Of a DNA stretch of 64,000 nt, positions 10,200 to 20,388 are shown piece after piece. Position numbers and translations under genes: made by a program. The DNA is taken from contig CBDEUM010000034.1 in assembly GCA_965242925.1 (NCBI GenBank), forward strand, positions 32,001-96,000. The letters run 5' to 3'. Positions within the stretch are counted from its first letter, which is position 1. The number at the start of each line of letters is the position of its first letter. Source of the DNA: Roseibacillus sp. GTDB taxonomy: Bacteria; Verrucomicrobiota; Verrucomicrobiia; Verrucomicrobiales; Akkermansiaceae. The notes below the pieces were generated by a model. The model saw only the letters and a list, made by a program, of their open reading frames with translations. It did not search any database and was not told where the DNA came from.

Positions 10200-10716
10200 A
10201 TCGAAGAAAACCCAACATATTTTCAGAAGAGGTCCAGCAATTTTTCACTGAGGGATCTCCAGCATGAGTTATCCACACGCAGAAACTGGGTAATGCGCAA
10301 CTCTAAGCAATTACTGCCAGAACCATGGTGAAGGGAGAGGCAGGTCCCGGAACCCCATATTCCAACTGGCCTCAAAAGTCTGTCCCAATCAATTCCTCCT
10401 TTGAAGCCGGCTCACCCTGCTGATGGTGGGAGCGGGCAAGCCCGTCCCTTGTGGGCACGGCCGCACTGCCATCAGGATGCAAAGCGGGCGCGGAGGAGGC
10501 AGAGGAGACGACGGAGTCAGCAACTCGATCACCGACGATCGGTTGCAGGAATCGAAAGTGCTTCCTCCGCTCTGGCCGAACCGGCGGAGCACAACCACGC
10601 ACGCCCCCGTGTCAGGGTGGAGGAAACCGGTTGCGCAGGGCGCGACAGCGACGGATTCATCAAGAATCCGAAATGAGCCGGCAGGCCGGGGTGAGGGGCT
10701 CTGTCTCAACCATGCC

Positions 10717-13700
10717 TCACCGGCCACCCTTCTCATCACTGCCAACCACCGGACTCGGCCGGAATGCCATGCTGGCTTGGATCGGATAGCTGCAGATACA
10801 CCCGGAACTGCCCTCCGGAATGAGGAGGAGGCCGCTGGCCGGGATCATGTTGATCCAACACCCCGGCCGCGAAACATTCGCGATTTTTTGCTGTTTCCGA
10901 TTTTGCAGGTCGAAGGTGGTGGGGTGCGAGGCGCGATAGTAGAGCCGGCTCGCCGAGGCTGAAAGTGCGCCGCATCCACCTCCACCGCTGCGCCGGAAGG
11001 TGAAGAGTGGCTTGCCGGTCGCGAGTTCGTAGACCTGCGGCTCCACGATGAGCATTTCACCTGTAATGACGGGATGCAGATCCTGTTCGCCGTGGGTGAG
11101 GTCCTTGCCGCGGCCGGTGTCAAAAGTGTGCTGCCACCGGCGTTTGCCGTTGGCTGGGTCGTAGACCTGGGTGTCGTAGTGCAGGGTGACGCGCCCATCC
11201 TTCGCCCTGCTGGGCCCGTTGCGCGAGTCCACAACCACGAGTTGCCCTGCCGCACAGGAAAGGAAGAGCGTTTGGATTCCGGATTGCAGTTCGAGTGGTT
11301 TGCGCCAGAGGGGCTTGCCGGAATCCAGATCGAGGGCGACGATGGTGGCGCCCTTGGACTCGATCAAATCGGAGTAGTGCCATCGTCCTGCCACCCGTTT
11401 TGCCTTGCCGCTCGCGACCGTGTCGCTTCGGTCTCCGTCGTGTGATCCGGGCACAACCAGCGTTTGTGGTTCGTTGCTCTCGAGAAAGAAAATGCGTCCG
11501 GAGTGAATACAGAGCGAGGGATTGAAGATGGCCCCGCTTGGGCGGTAGGTCCACTGCCGGGTGCCTGACTTTCGAGCAAGGGCGAAGAGGCTCTCGCTGC
11601 ACACGATCCGCTGTCGGTCACCGTAGGCTCCGCTGAAGATGCTGACCGGGGCGAGCTCGCGGCGTATTGCCCCTGTGGGGGAAGCGGATCCGATCAGCAG
11701 ATCGTCGTTCACTCCACCAATCGCGAGATAGCCCCACTCCTGCGACTCCGGATCGACTGAAAACTTCCGGTGGTGTTTTCCGGTATTGACGTCAATCTCA
11801 AGACAATCCGGGCCGGCGGCGGCATAGAGCGAGTTGTCCTTTGCCAGCGCCAGGTTTCCGCCATCGCGCAGCACGGCAACCCGTGTAAAATTCTCGATCT
11901 GCTGTTCCCAGAGAATGGTTCCGTTGAAGGCGTCGATACCAAACAAGTATTCGCGACCGGGAACGAAGAGGAAGCCGTTTGCTGCAAGTGGTGGTGGGGC
12001 GCGGAGATGACGGTCGACCATGTGGTGGGGACCCGGAGCGCCGAACCACTGCGGGCGAAGCGGACCATCGGGGAGGCGATCACCTCCGCTCGAGGCACTG
12101 TTTCCCGGATCGCCGTAAATGTGTGTCCAGCCCCCGGCTGCGGGCACCTCCTTGGCGCGGTGGATCCTGTGGTTGAGGGCTGCTACCCCGTCGTAGGGCC
12201 GAAGGAGGCGTTGTAATTCCGCCACGGGAAGGCGCAGGGAGCGGTGCTCACTGGTCACCAGATTGAAAATGCCGTCGACGTAGGGGAGCTTATGGTAATC
12301 GCTCACGTGCTGAATCGAAGGTTGGGTGAGGTTGTCCCAGTTCTTCATCCCAATCTTCTTCCGTAGCGCTTTTACTCGCGATTCATCGCGGTCAACAGCC
12401 ACCACCTTCATCGAAGTGGAGAGGGCCAACTCTTCGATCAGTGCTCCATCCTTGATCCCGACCACGAGAATATAACCGCGATTTCGTGGCAGGATCTTCA
12501 CCAGGTACTGGCCGACCGTGGTCGATTTCGTGGTGGGAGGCGCCGGGGCTGGGCTGACCTCCGCTCCCGAATGGCCCTCACTGGAAAAGGAATAGATGCG
12601 ACCGCTCTCGGTGCTCACGAAGAGACGGCCTGCTGCCGCCGCCAGGCTCCGGGCGGGACCATCGACTTCGGCTTCCCAGATTTTTTTTCCCGCCTCGTCA
12701 AAACCAGCGACCGATCGACTGCCCCCGGCGTAGGTCACGCCGCCGGCCATCACCGAGGAGTGAGGATAGCCCTTGATCGGAACGGTCGGGGCGAGGGCAT
12801 CCGACTTTTGCTGGCGGTGCTTGGAGATCGTTGCGAAGGCTCCGCCTCCTGGTGCGCGACCGGTCGAGGCAACCACGTTACCGTCACGCTCGGTCAGGTA
12901 TCCCTGCGGACTGATGCTCACTGGTTTCTCGGAGAGAATTCTTCCAGTGCGAATGTCGACCGCGCACTGCCAGCAGCCTTCCGCGGGAAACAGCCCTGCG
13001 CCGAAGTATGCGGCGTCATCCTTCACCAGGACGCCGGTGCGCACGGGCCAAAGGCTGATCAATCGCCCATTTCCCGGCAGGCGTTCGTCGCGTGCAGAGG
13101 GCGGACGGGCCTTCCATCGGAGTGCTCCGCTCCTGGCATCGAGACAATAGACTGCCCCGTCGTCGCATCCGAACAGGACGGTGTTTTTTATCACGGTGGG
13201 AGCAAGTCGAATGGGTCCTCCCGCGATGAAATTCCACTGCTCCTCGCCAGTGGTTGCATCGAGACAGCGCAGCGAATCATCTGCCGACGATCCATAGAAG
13301 AGGCGATCATCTGATACTGCCACGCTGTGAATCCAATCGAAGGTCACGCGCGGCACTTCGGGAGTGAGGCGATTGCGCCAGTAGTCGCTGAGAGCGGTTT
13401 CCGGCCAGGCCGGCACTGGCTGGCGTGATGGGACGTGCACCCACGAAGCCTGCTGAGAAAGCACGGGAAGCGCCTCGCCAGCTCGCCCGCTGCGTGCGTT
13501 ATCGCCCATCCAGGTGGGCCAGTCCGAGGGCCCGCCCATCCGCTCCACGACTGCTTCTTCGATTCCAGGAAACTCATCCTTGCGTTTCGCAAACCGCTTC
13601 GCCAGTTCCTCCGCCGGGAGCGCGCGATGCCAGAGAGTGATCCTCTCGAGCTTTCCCGAGAAAGGATAGTAATCGTTGTCGTCGCGATAGGAGCCGATCG

Positions 13701-14322
13701 TGAAGAACGGCGACTCGGGGTGGAGAATGGGTCCGCTTTGTCCGGTGTGCTGCGCGCTCAGTTGTCCGTCGACATAGAGGCGCATCTCGTTGCCGTCGTA
13801 GCTCGCCGCCACGTGGTACCAGGCCCCCGTGACAAAACTGCCGGCCGCTCGCAGGTAAGTGATGCGCGCCGGTTTCTCCGCGACCAGGCCGAAATAGAAC
13901 TGGTTGTTCCCATAACCGAGAATCCAACCGCGCTCATGGGTGCCGGTGTCGTGGACCGCACCCAGAATGCCACCCCATTCGATCGAACGGTCGATCTGGA
14001 CCCACGCCTCCACCGTCATCGCCTTGGCCGGTAGTCGTGCTTCGTTGATTTCCCGCGAGAGCAGGATGCCACCGACTTTAAGATTCCTGGCAGAGGGAAG
14101 AAGCCGCATGAACTGGAGCTCGCCGTCCCGCTCGAGTCGGTACTCTCCGATCATCTCACCCCGGAGGCCCCCGACCGCTGCGCGCAGTTTTCCTCCCTGG
14201 ACGCTGCCGGGCACGAACCGCCACTCATGGATCGGACCCTGCTCCCCAAGCGCTCCCAGAGCAGCTACGAGGAACAGTGCAGGAACACGCAGGCATCTTG
14301 CGAAGAGGAGTGCTGGATTCAT
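10717..14322 (-). CDS. Secreted LamG + PQQ-like beta-propeller + methyltransferase-like domain + PQQ-like propeller with C-terminal Cys motif
   Basis: Signal peptide; LamG (MTVEAWV, WYHVAASYDG); DWPTWMGDNARSG; CLDATTGEEQW; GYILVVG...VAVDRD...LRPYDG; GGCG...RPGCWINMIPASG...GCICSY. Confidence 0.85.
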   Translation of the reverse strand: MNPALLFARCLRVPALFLVAALGALGEQGPIHEWRFVPGSVQGGKLRAAVGGLRGEMIGEYRLERDGELQFMRLLPSARNLKVGGILLSREINEARLPAKAMTVEAWVQIDRSIEWGGILGAVHDTGTHERGWILGYGNNQFYFGLVAEKPARITYLRAAGSFVTGAWYHVAASYDGNEMRLYVDGQLSAQHTGQSGPILHPESPFFTIGSYRDDNDYYPFSGKLERITLWHRALPAEELAKRFAKRKDEFPGIEEAVVERMGGPSDWPTWMGDNARSGRAGEALPVLSQQASWVHVPSRQPVPAWPETALSDYWRNRLTPEVPRVTFDWIHSVAVSDDRLFYGSSADDSLRCLDATTGEEQWNFIAGGPIRLAPTVIKNTVLFGCDDGAVYCLDARSGALRWKARPPSARDERLPGNGRLISLWPVRTGVLVKDDAAYFGAGLFPAEGCWQCAVDIRTGRILSEKPVSISPQGYLTERDGNVVASTGRAPGGGAFATISKHRQQKSDALAPTVPIKGYPHSSVMAGGVTYAGGSRSVAGFDEAGKKIWEAEVDGPARSLAAAAGRLFVSTESGRIYSFSSEGHSGAEVSPAPAPPTTKSTTVGQYLVKILPRNRGYILVVGIKDGALIEELALSTSMKVVAVDRDESRVKALRKKIGMKNWDNLTQPSIQHVSDYHKLPYVDGIFNLVTSEHRSLRLPVAELQRLLRPYDGVAALNHRIHRAKEVPAAGGWTHIYGDPGNSASSGGDRLPDGPLRPQWFGAPGPHHMVDRHLRAPPPLAANGFLFVPGREYLFGIDAFNGTILWEQQIENFTRVAVLRDGGNLALAKDNSLYAAAGPDCLEIDVNTGKHHRKFSVDPESQEWGYLAIGGVNDDLLIGSASPTGAIRRELAPVSIFSGAYGDRQRIVCSESLFALARKSGTRQWTYRPSGAIFNPSLCIHSGRIFFLESNEPQTLVVPGSHDGDRSDTVASGKAKRVAGRWHYSDLIESKGATIVALDLDSGKPLWRKPLELQSGIQTLFLSCAAGQLVVVDSRNGPSRAKDGRVTLHYDTQVYDPANGKRRWQHTFDTGRGKDLTHGEQDLHPVITGEMLIVEPQVYELATGKPLFTFRRSGGGGCGALSASASRLYYRASHPTTFDLQNRKQQKIANVSRPGCWINMIPASGLLLIPEGSSGCICSYPIQASMAFRPSPVVGSDEKGGR

Positions 14323-14788
14323 ATTAACAGGCGAGGAAGGTGCTCCGTCGTTCCTTACATATTCTTAACAGGTTCCTTCGCAAATCGCACGAAAATGAAG
14401 CGTTTCTTCCCTCCTTTTGACGGATCAACCGGTCCCTCTTCCGGTAAAACTCCGTGACGGCACGCAGCCGCGGCCATGGACGCTTCAGCATCGTAACACT
14501 GCTCAGGCCTGCCAGGTTTCGCACAAGCTTCTGTGTGCGATCAAACTGCGTTTGCACGATTGCCCTGGCAGCGCGGCCCAGGGCAGGGGGCATGGATGCC
14601 AGAGATGCCGGAGCGCGTAGCTTCTGATGATGTGGAAACCGCACGAACATGGGCCCCTCTACTGGACCGTAAACAACACGACCGTGTGTAATTGCGGTGT
14701 CGTCAAAACGCGCCGCTGCAGAAAGAACCGGATCCCTTGCAATCTCCTCTCCACTCAAAGACTTCTTTCTCACCCAGTTGGTCTGCAG

Positions 14789-16087
14789 TTACTTTCTGAC
14801 AGGATCAAGATCAATGCGGGAAGAGGCCCTTTCCGCCGGGGACATTGATCCCGGAGAATTCAGCGTTGCCTTGTGAGTCGGCTTTGCCAATCGGGCTTTC
14901 ATTAACTGTGACTCTCCACTGATCAGGCGGACACTTGAAATCACGGCGTCTTCCTCTGCTCCATCCGGGCACCAGATCCGAATTCTGTAATTACCCTTCC
15001 GTTCCTTTTTTGTGATTCCAAATTCCCTTACCGGGATCGTATCCCAGAAAAAAGACTGTTTTCCGTTCCCTCGGGAAGGGTGACTCCTGGTCAAATGGCG
15101 TCCATTGACTTCGATGGTCATAGAGCGAATTGGGCCGTGCTTTGTGATCCATTGGAAAGCGAGATGGTGCCCAGGTTCTGGCTCCACAGTCATTGTCAGC
15201 TCCAACGGCTTTTCCCGATTAGTGTAGTAGATGTAGAAATCGTTGTAGCGAGCGACTTCCCGATCGTAACGGGTGAAGTGAATCCATGCGTGTGGGTCTG
15301 GTGTGCCGTCACCCAGTCCAAGGCGGGCGAAAATCGGATGCAGCGCCTTTGCCCAGACTGCATATCCAGTCGTATTGGGATGGACGCGATCAGGCAGAAG
15401 ATTCGGCATCGAGGCTCCATCAGTCCCCGCAAAAAGCTCGTAAGTTTTAGCAATCGTCACTTGAGGATCGTCCTCCCAGGCCTTGGTGTAGTGCGAGTTG
15501 ATCTTTTGGATCTCGCTTACCGGGCGATAGTTGTCTGGAGCACAGGGAAAGGTCTCGCATACGATAATGGGCATCGTTGAACTGTGATCTTTCAACCGCT
15601 TCACAATGAGTTTCACATTGCCGAATACCGTTTCGCCCTTCGCTTTTTCAGCGAGATCATTCGCGCCAATCATGATCACCACCGCCTTCGGGTTGAGCGC
15701 AAGAACATCGCCAGGCAATCGCAGGAGGAGTCCGCGACTGGTGTCTCCATTGATACCGCGATTGGTTACCTTCAGGTCGCCAAAGAATCCACGGAAGTCG
15801 TCGCGCCAACCCTGTGTGATTGAGTCTCCCAGGAACACAATTGAGTTCTTTTCCTCATCCGTTTTGTTCAGCCAGGAGCTGCGCCGATTGCGCCAAACCC
15901 CGCGGAACCACTCCGTTCGCCTTAGTGGTCCTGCACCGGGCAGGCCTTCATCTGTATCTGGAATATTAAGCGGATCTCGTTCAGGAGCTGCGCTGGGATG
16001 GAACAGAAAAAGGAGAGAGAACAGGGTAAAGGTGGTGGCCGGAAACGTGGCTGTCATTATGAGAAATAGTGATGACCCGGACCTCAC
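14789..16087 (-). CDS. SGNH/GDSL hydrolase with C-terminal extension
   Basis: FLGDSIT (block I), NRGINGD (II), GANDL (III), DRVHPN (V); signal peptide. Confidence 0.9.
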   Translation of the reverse strand: MRSGSSLFLIMTATFPATTFTLFSLLFLFHPSAAPERDPLNIPDTDEGLPGAGPLRRTEWFRGVWRNRRSSWLNKTDEEKNSIVFLGDSITQGWRDDFRGFFGDLKVTNRGINGDTSRGLLLRLPGDVLALNPKAVVIMIGANDLAEKAKGETVFGNVKLIVKRLKDHSSTMPIIVCETFPCAPDNYRPVSEIQKINSHYTKAWEDDPQVTIAKTYELFAGTDGASMPNLLPDRVHPNTTGYAVWAKALHPIFARLGLGDGTPDPHAWIHFTRYDREVARYNDFYIYYTNREKPLELTMTVEPEPGHHLAFQWITKHGPIRSMTIEVNGRHLTRSHPSRGNGKQSFFWDTIPVREFGITKKERKGNYRIRIWCPDGAEEDAVISSVRLISGESQLMKARLAKPTHKATLNSPGSMSPAERASSRIDLDPVRK

Positions 16088-16319
16088 CTAGTCAAGCCTC
16101 TCGCCCGTGACCCTGCCAGCGTTTCAAAAGGCTTCATCCAGGAAATCGAGACGAGCAGGGAGAATCCCTGAGGCCCCCTTGTCAGGGCGCAGGAAACTGG
16201 GGGCGGGGTGGGTTTCCCTCAATCCAGGGGGGCTGAAGACCTTGGCTTTCAAAGTGCCGCGGAAAACTCTTAACTGTTCCACGCTGCCGCGTCGGATATT
16301 CCGGCGGGCAACAAAGGTC

Positions 16320-17570
16320 ATGCGACTTGTCACAATATCTATCCTGATTTCCCTTTTTTCTGCTGCTCTTTGCTCTGCGGACTGGCCGCAGTTCCGCGGG
16401 CCCGATGGCCAGGGGCATTCTGATGCAAAGGGCATTCCCATTGTGTGGAGCGAGGAGAAAAACATCACGTGGAAATCCGCGGTCCCGGGGCAGGGGTATT
16501 CCTCGCCGGTCATTGCCGGAAATCAGATCTGGCTGACCAGTTCGCAGGAGGGTGGCAAATCGTTGCACGCGGTTTGCCTGGACAAGGTTACCGGTAAGTT
16601 GATGCACGATGTGGAGGTCCTGAGGGCGAAGGACGCCGGCTCAAAGCATCGGCTGAATGGTTACGCCTCTCCCACGCCCGTGTTGGATGGCGAACGTGTG
16701 TTTGTGCATTTTGGTCCGCGGGGAACGGTGTGTCTGGACACCGCCGGAAGAATCGTATGGAAGAACACCGAGTTCATATTCAATGTGATCCAGGGCGCGG
16801 CCAGTTCGCCTGTTCTTCATGAGGATCTCTTGATTCTCACCTGTGACGGTATCGACAATCAGTTTATTGTCGCCCTCGACAAGCAGACGGGCAGAACCAA
16901 ATGGAAGCAACCCCGCGCTCATCTTGAGGCAGCCGCCAAGAAACGGCTCATTGCGAAAATGTCCTATTCCACCCCGTTGATTCAAGCTGTCAATGGTGTC
17001 CCGCAACTGGTGTGCTCCGGGGCTGATCATGTGGCGGCATATGACCTTTCCACCGGCAAGGAAATCTGGTGGATGCCCTACAATGGCTTCTCCATCGTTG
17101 GACGCCCTTCCTATGGGAACGATCTGTTCTACGTTGTCGGTTCCATTCGACAGGATCACTTTTGCATCTTCGCTCTCCGCCCTGGAAAAGGCAGGCTTCG
17201 TGAGGACCAGCGCGTCTGGCAATTCTCCACCGGAATCGGCCACGTGCCTTCACCGATCCTGGTGGGCAGGGAAATTTTCGCCGTGCACGATACCGGCGTG
17301 GCTACGTGTATCGATGCCCTCACCGGCAGGGAGGTCTGGCGCGAACGCCTCGGCGGCAACCACGACGCCTCGCCGATTGAGATTCGTGGTCGCATCTATT
17401 TCTGCAACCGCGAAGGAAAAACCACCGTGCTGGCCGCTGGCAGGAAATTCAAGGTGCTGTCGACAAATCAGTTGAAGGGTATTTTTAAGGCTTCGCCAGC
17501 GGTGGAAGAGGGAGCGTTGTTCCTGCGAAGCGATACCCACCTCTACCGGATCGAGAAGCCCTTAAAATAA
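16320..17570 (+). CDS. PQQ-binding-like (BamB-like) beta-propeller protein
   Basis: Likely start MRLVTISILISLFSAALCSA-DWPQFRGPDGQG; GYSSPV, ASPTP, ALDKQTG..KW, YSTP, ASPA...LFLR. The ORF track extends to 16107. Confidence 0.9.
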   Translation: MRLVTISILISLFSAALCSADWPQFRGPDGQGHSDAKGIPIVWSEEKNITWKSAVPGQGYSSPVIAGNQIWLTSSQEGGKSLHAVCLDKVTGKLMHDVEVLRAKDAGSKHRLNGYASPTPVLDGERVFVHFGPRGTVCLDTAGRIVWKNTEFIFNVIQGAASSPVLHEDLLILTCDGIDNQFIVALDKQTGRTKWKQPRAHLEAAAKKRLIAKMSYSTPLIQAVNGVPQLVCSGADHVAAYDLSTGKEIWWMPYNGFSIVGRPSYGNDLFYVVGSIRQDHFCIFALRPGKGRLREDQRVWQFSTGIGHVPSPILVGREIFAVHDTGVATCIDALTGREVWRERLGGNHDASPIEIRGRIYFCNREGKTTVLAAGRKFKVLSTNQLKGIFKASPAVEEGALFLRSDTHLYRIEKPLK

Positions 17571-17582
17571 CATCCCATATCA

Positions 17583-17630
17583 GAGCGCCCCTAACAGGGA
17601 GGGGTGCTCCACCCTGTTCCGGCAGAGGGT
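17583..17630 (+). other. Two adjacent intergenic GC-rich hairpins
   Basis: gagcgcccct/aggggtgctc (17583-17609) and accct/agggt (17611-17630); no U-tract. Confidence 0.3.
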
Positions 17631-17694
17631 TGCATTGCCGGTCTGTTCATCTTGCTGCTTGCAGCATCCTGCGATAACCGGTCGAATAGGGTCA

Positions 17695-20388
17695 ATGAGC
17701 GGATTTTGCATCCTGCCTGCCCCTGAAAGCTCTTCCGACGGGCAACGGGGATGCCGGGAGCGAACAAGGGCGCTCCTGGCAGTTGCCAGGTTCACTTTGC
17801 TCGCAGGATCGGCATGCATGTCTCCGGTCAGCGCTCGGGAACCTTCTGCAACAACGAATGACTTTGGAAAGGGTATTGGAGGCATTCTCCAGGAATATTG
17901 CCACGACTGCCATGGGCCCGAAAAAGCCAAGGGCAGGATCAGACTGACTGACTACGGATCATGGGCTGACCTCGAGAAGAACCCGCAACTCATTGAAAAG
18001 ATGATCGAGGCATTGGGGAAGAGAGAGATGCCTCCCGAAGAGAAGAAGCAGCCCAGTGGTGACCAACGCGAACTCATGTTGCTGGAGCTGGAAGGGGCAT
18101 TCAGGAGAGCCATGGCGCATCGTCAACCGGTGGTCCCGCTACGCCTTCGGCGAATGAACCGGTTTGAATATGGTAATGCAGTGAGAGACTTGTTCGATCT
18201 TAAGTCGTGGGTCTACTCGATCAACGACCGTATTATTCGAGACCACAACAACTATTTCAGACCCGAAACAGGCAGGATGCCCAAGGTTGCAAGAGTGGGC
18301 AATCGAATCATGGGCCTGCAGCAGTTGCTGGAGAATCGGTTGCTGGGCGTGATGGCCTTTCCCAAAGATCCTCCCGCGGAAAACGGGTTCAACAATCGCG
18401 GGGATCATCTCAGTCTGACGCCAGTGCTCATGGAGTCCTTCCTGGAGCTCAGCCGGTCGGTTGTGAACGCAGAGAATTTCGATAAGAACTGTCGGATCTG
18501 GAATGATCTGTTTCAGGATCCATCAAAGGAGCCCTTGACCACAGGATTTGGCTCGATTAGGGCAGATAAGTCTGTTGCGACGCATAGCACGGGATTGACT
18601 CTTAGCGCCTGGATCCTCCCATCCAAAACGACCGCGAAGTGGCAGACCATTGTTCGCCGTGAGGATTCGTGGCGACGCCAGTTGTTGGCCATTGGCGGCA
18701 CGGGCGGAACCTGGGGAATCTGGATGGGTGCGGGGATTGAAGGTCGCTATGTCGAATTTGGTGCCCCGGTGAAACCAAGTGCTCTTGGTGACGGGAAGTG
18801 GCATCACGTTGCCGGGACCTACGACGGCAATCAAATGAGCCTCTACGTGGACGGAGAGCAGGTCGGCCGCAAGGCGGTCGAGGGTCAGCTCCATACCCGG
18901 AGTGCCGGGCCGATGGAGATCGGCTCGTTTGGGAACGAGCCTTTCCACGGAGATATCAATGACGTTCGCTTGTTTCGATCCGGGTTGAGCAAGCTCCAGA
19001 TAGAGGAAATTGCGGCTGGCAACCAAGACGTCGCCAAAGAGGAGCTGGTGGGTAGCTGGAAGCGGGAGAATAAGGTCAAAGCGGAACTGAAGCAACCGAT
19101 CGAAAAGGTAGCGCATGAACGAATCCGGAAACTTCTCCTCAGAGCATTCAGATCTCCCGCTGACGCAAAAACCGTGAAGTTGTACACGGAGTATTTTGAC
19201 AGGAGCTATAAGAGAAGCGGCGATTTCACCAGGAGCATGAAGGATGTCGTGTCAGGGGCGTTGGCTTCTCCGCGATTTATTCTCGTTCACAACGAGGCAA
19301 GTGGCGACTCGTCGAATCATGCGTCATTTAATCTGGCAACCCGTCTGTCCTTTTTTCTGTGGAGTTCGATTCCCGACGATGAATTGCTGGCATTGGCGGG
19401 GGAGGGGAGACTTCAGGATCCGGAGATCCTGAAAGGACAGGTCGATCGAATGCTCAACGATCGGCGCGTGAAAAACTTCTGCGACAGTTTTGCGCCTCAA
19501 TGGCTAAAGATTAACAATTTGGTTTCCGCATCACCTGATTTCAGGACCCATCGGAATTACTACTTCGGTGGGGACGACAAGATATCCTACAAGAGAGGGA
19601 TGCACATGATGTTGGAGCCGCTTCTGAATTTTGAAACGGTTTTCATTGAGAACAGGCCCATCATGGAATTGGTCGATTCCGACTTTACCTACCGCAGTCA
19701 CTTGTTGGAAGAATGGTACCAAGGCAGGGCTGCCACCTATGGCATTAACGTCAACCTCCGCGATATTGAATTCACCCGGACGCCGCTAAAGGACAGAAGA
19801 TTCGGGGGCGTGATCACGACAGGAGCTGTCATGGTGATGACATCGGGGCCGTTTCGATCATTGCCCATCACGCGAGGGTCTTGGGTCTCTTCGGTCATTT
19901 TCAATGATCCCCCCGAACCTCCTCCTGACAATGTGCCGGACTTGAAGGCGGACGACACCACGCTGGAAAAAGAAGGCCTGACCGTAAGGCAAAAGCTAAA
20001 TCAGCACAGTGAAGACTCCCGATGCGCGGGATGTCATCAAAAGATAGATCCCCTGGGCTTTGCCTTGGAAAATTACGATTTACTGGGGCGCTGGCGAGAT
20101 CGGTATCGAACCGGCTTGAAGGTGGACGCCAGTGGTATATTGTTTGGCAAACATGAGTTCAAAGACGTTGTCGGTTTTAAGGATGCCGTGCTCGCGGAAA
20201 AGGATTTGTTTGCCAGGGCCTTCATCAAGCACCTGCTTTCCTATGGCCTGGGGCGAGAGTTGACGTTGGCGGATCGAATTGCCGTGGATGAAATTGCGAA
20301 GGTCAGCGAGAAGGAGAATTACAAATTGAGAGCACTCATCAAACATACGGTGCTTCATCCAGTATTTAACCAAAAGAGAAAAGAATGA
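17695..20388 (+). CDS. DUF1592-family (planctomycete cytochrome c, PSCyt/PSD domains) protein with inserted LamG domain
   Basis: CHDCH and CAGCH heme-c motifs; MPP; LRRMNRFEYGNAVRDL; LATRLSFFLWSSIPD; DPLGFALENYD.LGRWR; SYGLGREL. Internal LamG LTLSAWI...WHHVAGTYDG. Start uncertain. Confidence 0.9.
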   Translation: MSGFCILPAPESSSDGQRGCRERTRALLAVARFTLLAGSACMSPVSAREPSATTNDFGKGIGGILQEYCHDCHGPEKAKGRIRLTDYGSWADLEKNPQLIEKMIEALGKREMPPEEKKQPSGDQRELMLLELEGAFRRAMAHRQPVVPLRLRRMNRFEYGNAVRDLFDLKSWVYSINDRIIRDHNNYFRPETGRMPKVARVGNRIMGLQQLLENRLLGVMAFPKDPPAENGFNNRGDHLSLTPVLMESFLELSRSVVNAENFDKNCRIWNDLFQDPSKEPLTTGFGSIRADKSVATHSTGLTLSAWILPSKTTAKWQTIVRREDSWRRQLLAIGGTGGTWGIWMGAGIEGRYVEFGAPVKPSALGDGKWHHVAGTYDGNQMSLYVDGEQVGRKAVEGQLHTRSAGPMEIGSFGNEPFHGDINDVRLFRSGLSKLQIEEIAAGNQDVAKEELVGSWKRENKVKAELKQPIEKVAHERIRKLLLRAFRSPADAKTVKLYTEYFDRSYKRSGDFTRSMKDVVSGALASPRFILVHNEASGDSSNHASFNLATRLSFFLWSSIPDDELLALAGEGRLQDPEILKGQVDRMLNDRRVKNFCDSFAPQWLKINNLVSASPDFRTHRNYYFGGDDKISYKRGMHMMLEPLLNFETVFIENRPIMELVDSDFTYRSHLLEEWYQGRAATYGINVNLRDIEFTRTPLKDRRFGGVITTGAVMVMTSGPFRSLPITRGSWVSSVIFNDPPEPPPDNVPDLKADDTTLEKEGLTVRQKLNQHSEDSRCAGCHQKIDPLGFALENYDLLGRWRDRYRTGLKVDASGILFGKHEFKDVVGFKDAVLAEKDLFARAFIKHLLSYGLGRELTLADRIAVDEIAKVSEKENYKLRALIKHTVLHPVFNQKRKE

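Noticed and set aside
10372..10716. Several short overlapping ORFs
   Set aside because: No coherent protein features; treated as intergenic.
14324..14773. 149-aa minus-strand ORF between the SGNH and PQQ genes
   Set aside because: Arg-rich, with no motif or signal in the frames I read; cannot be supported as a gene.
16320..17570. bamB assignment
   Set aside because: No lipobox and no der/yfgM context; it belongs to the expanded PVC PQQ-like propeller family.
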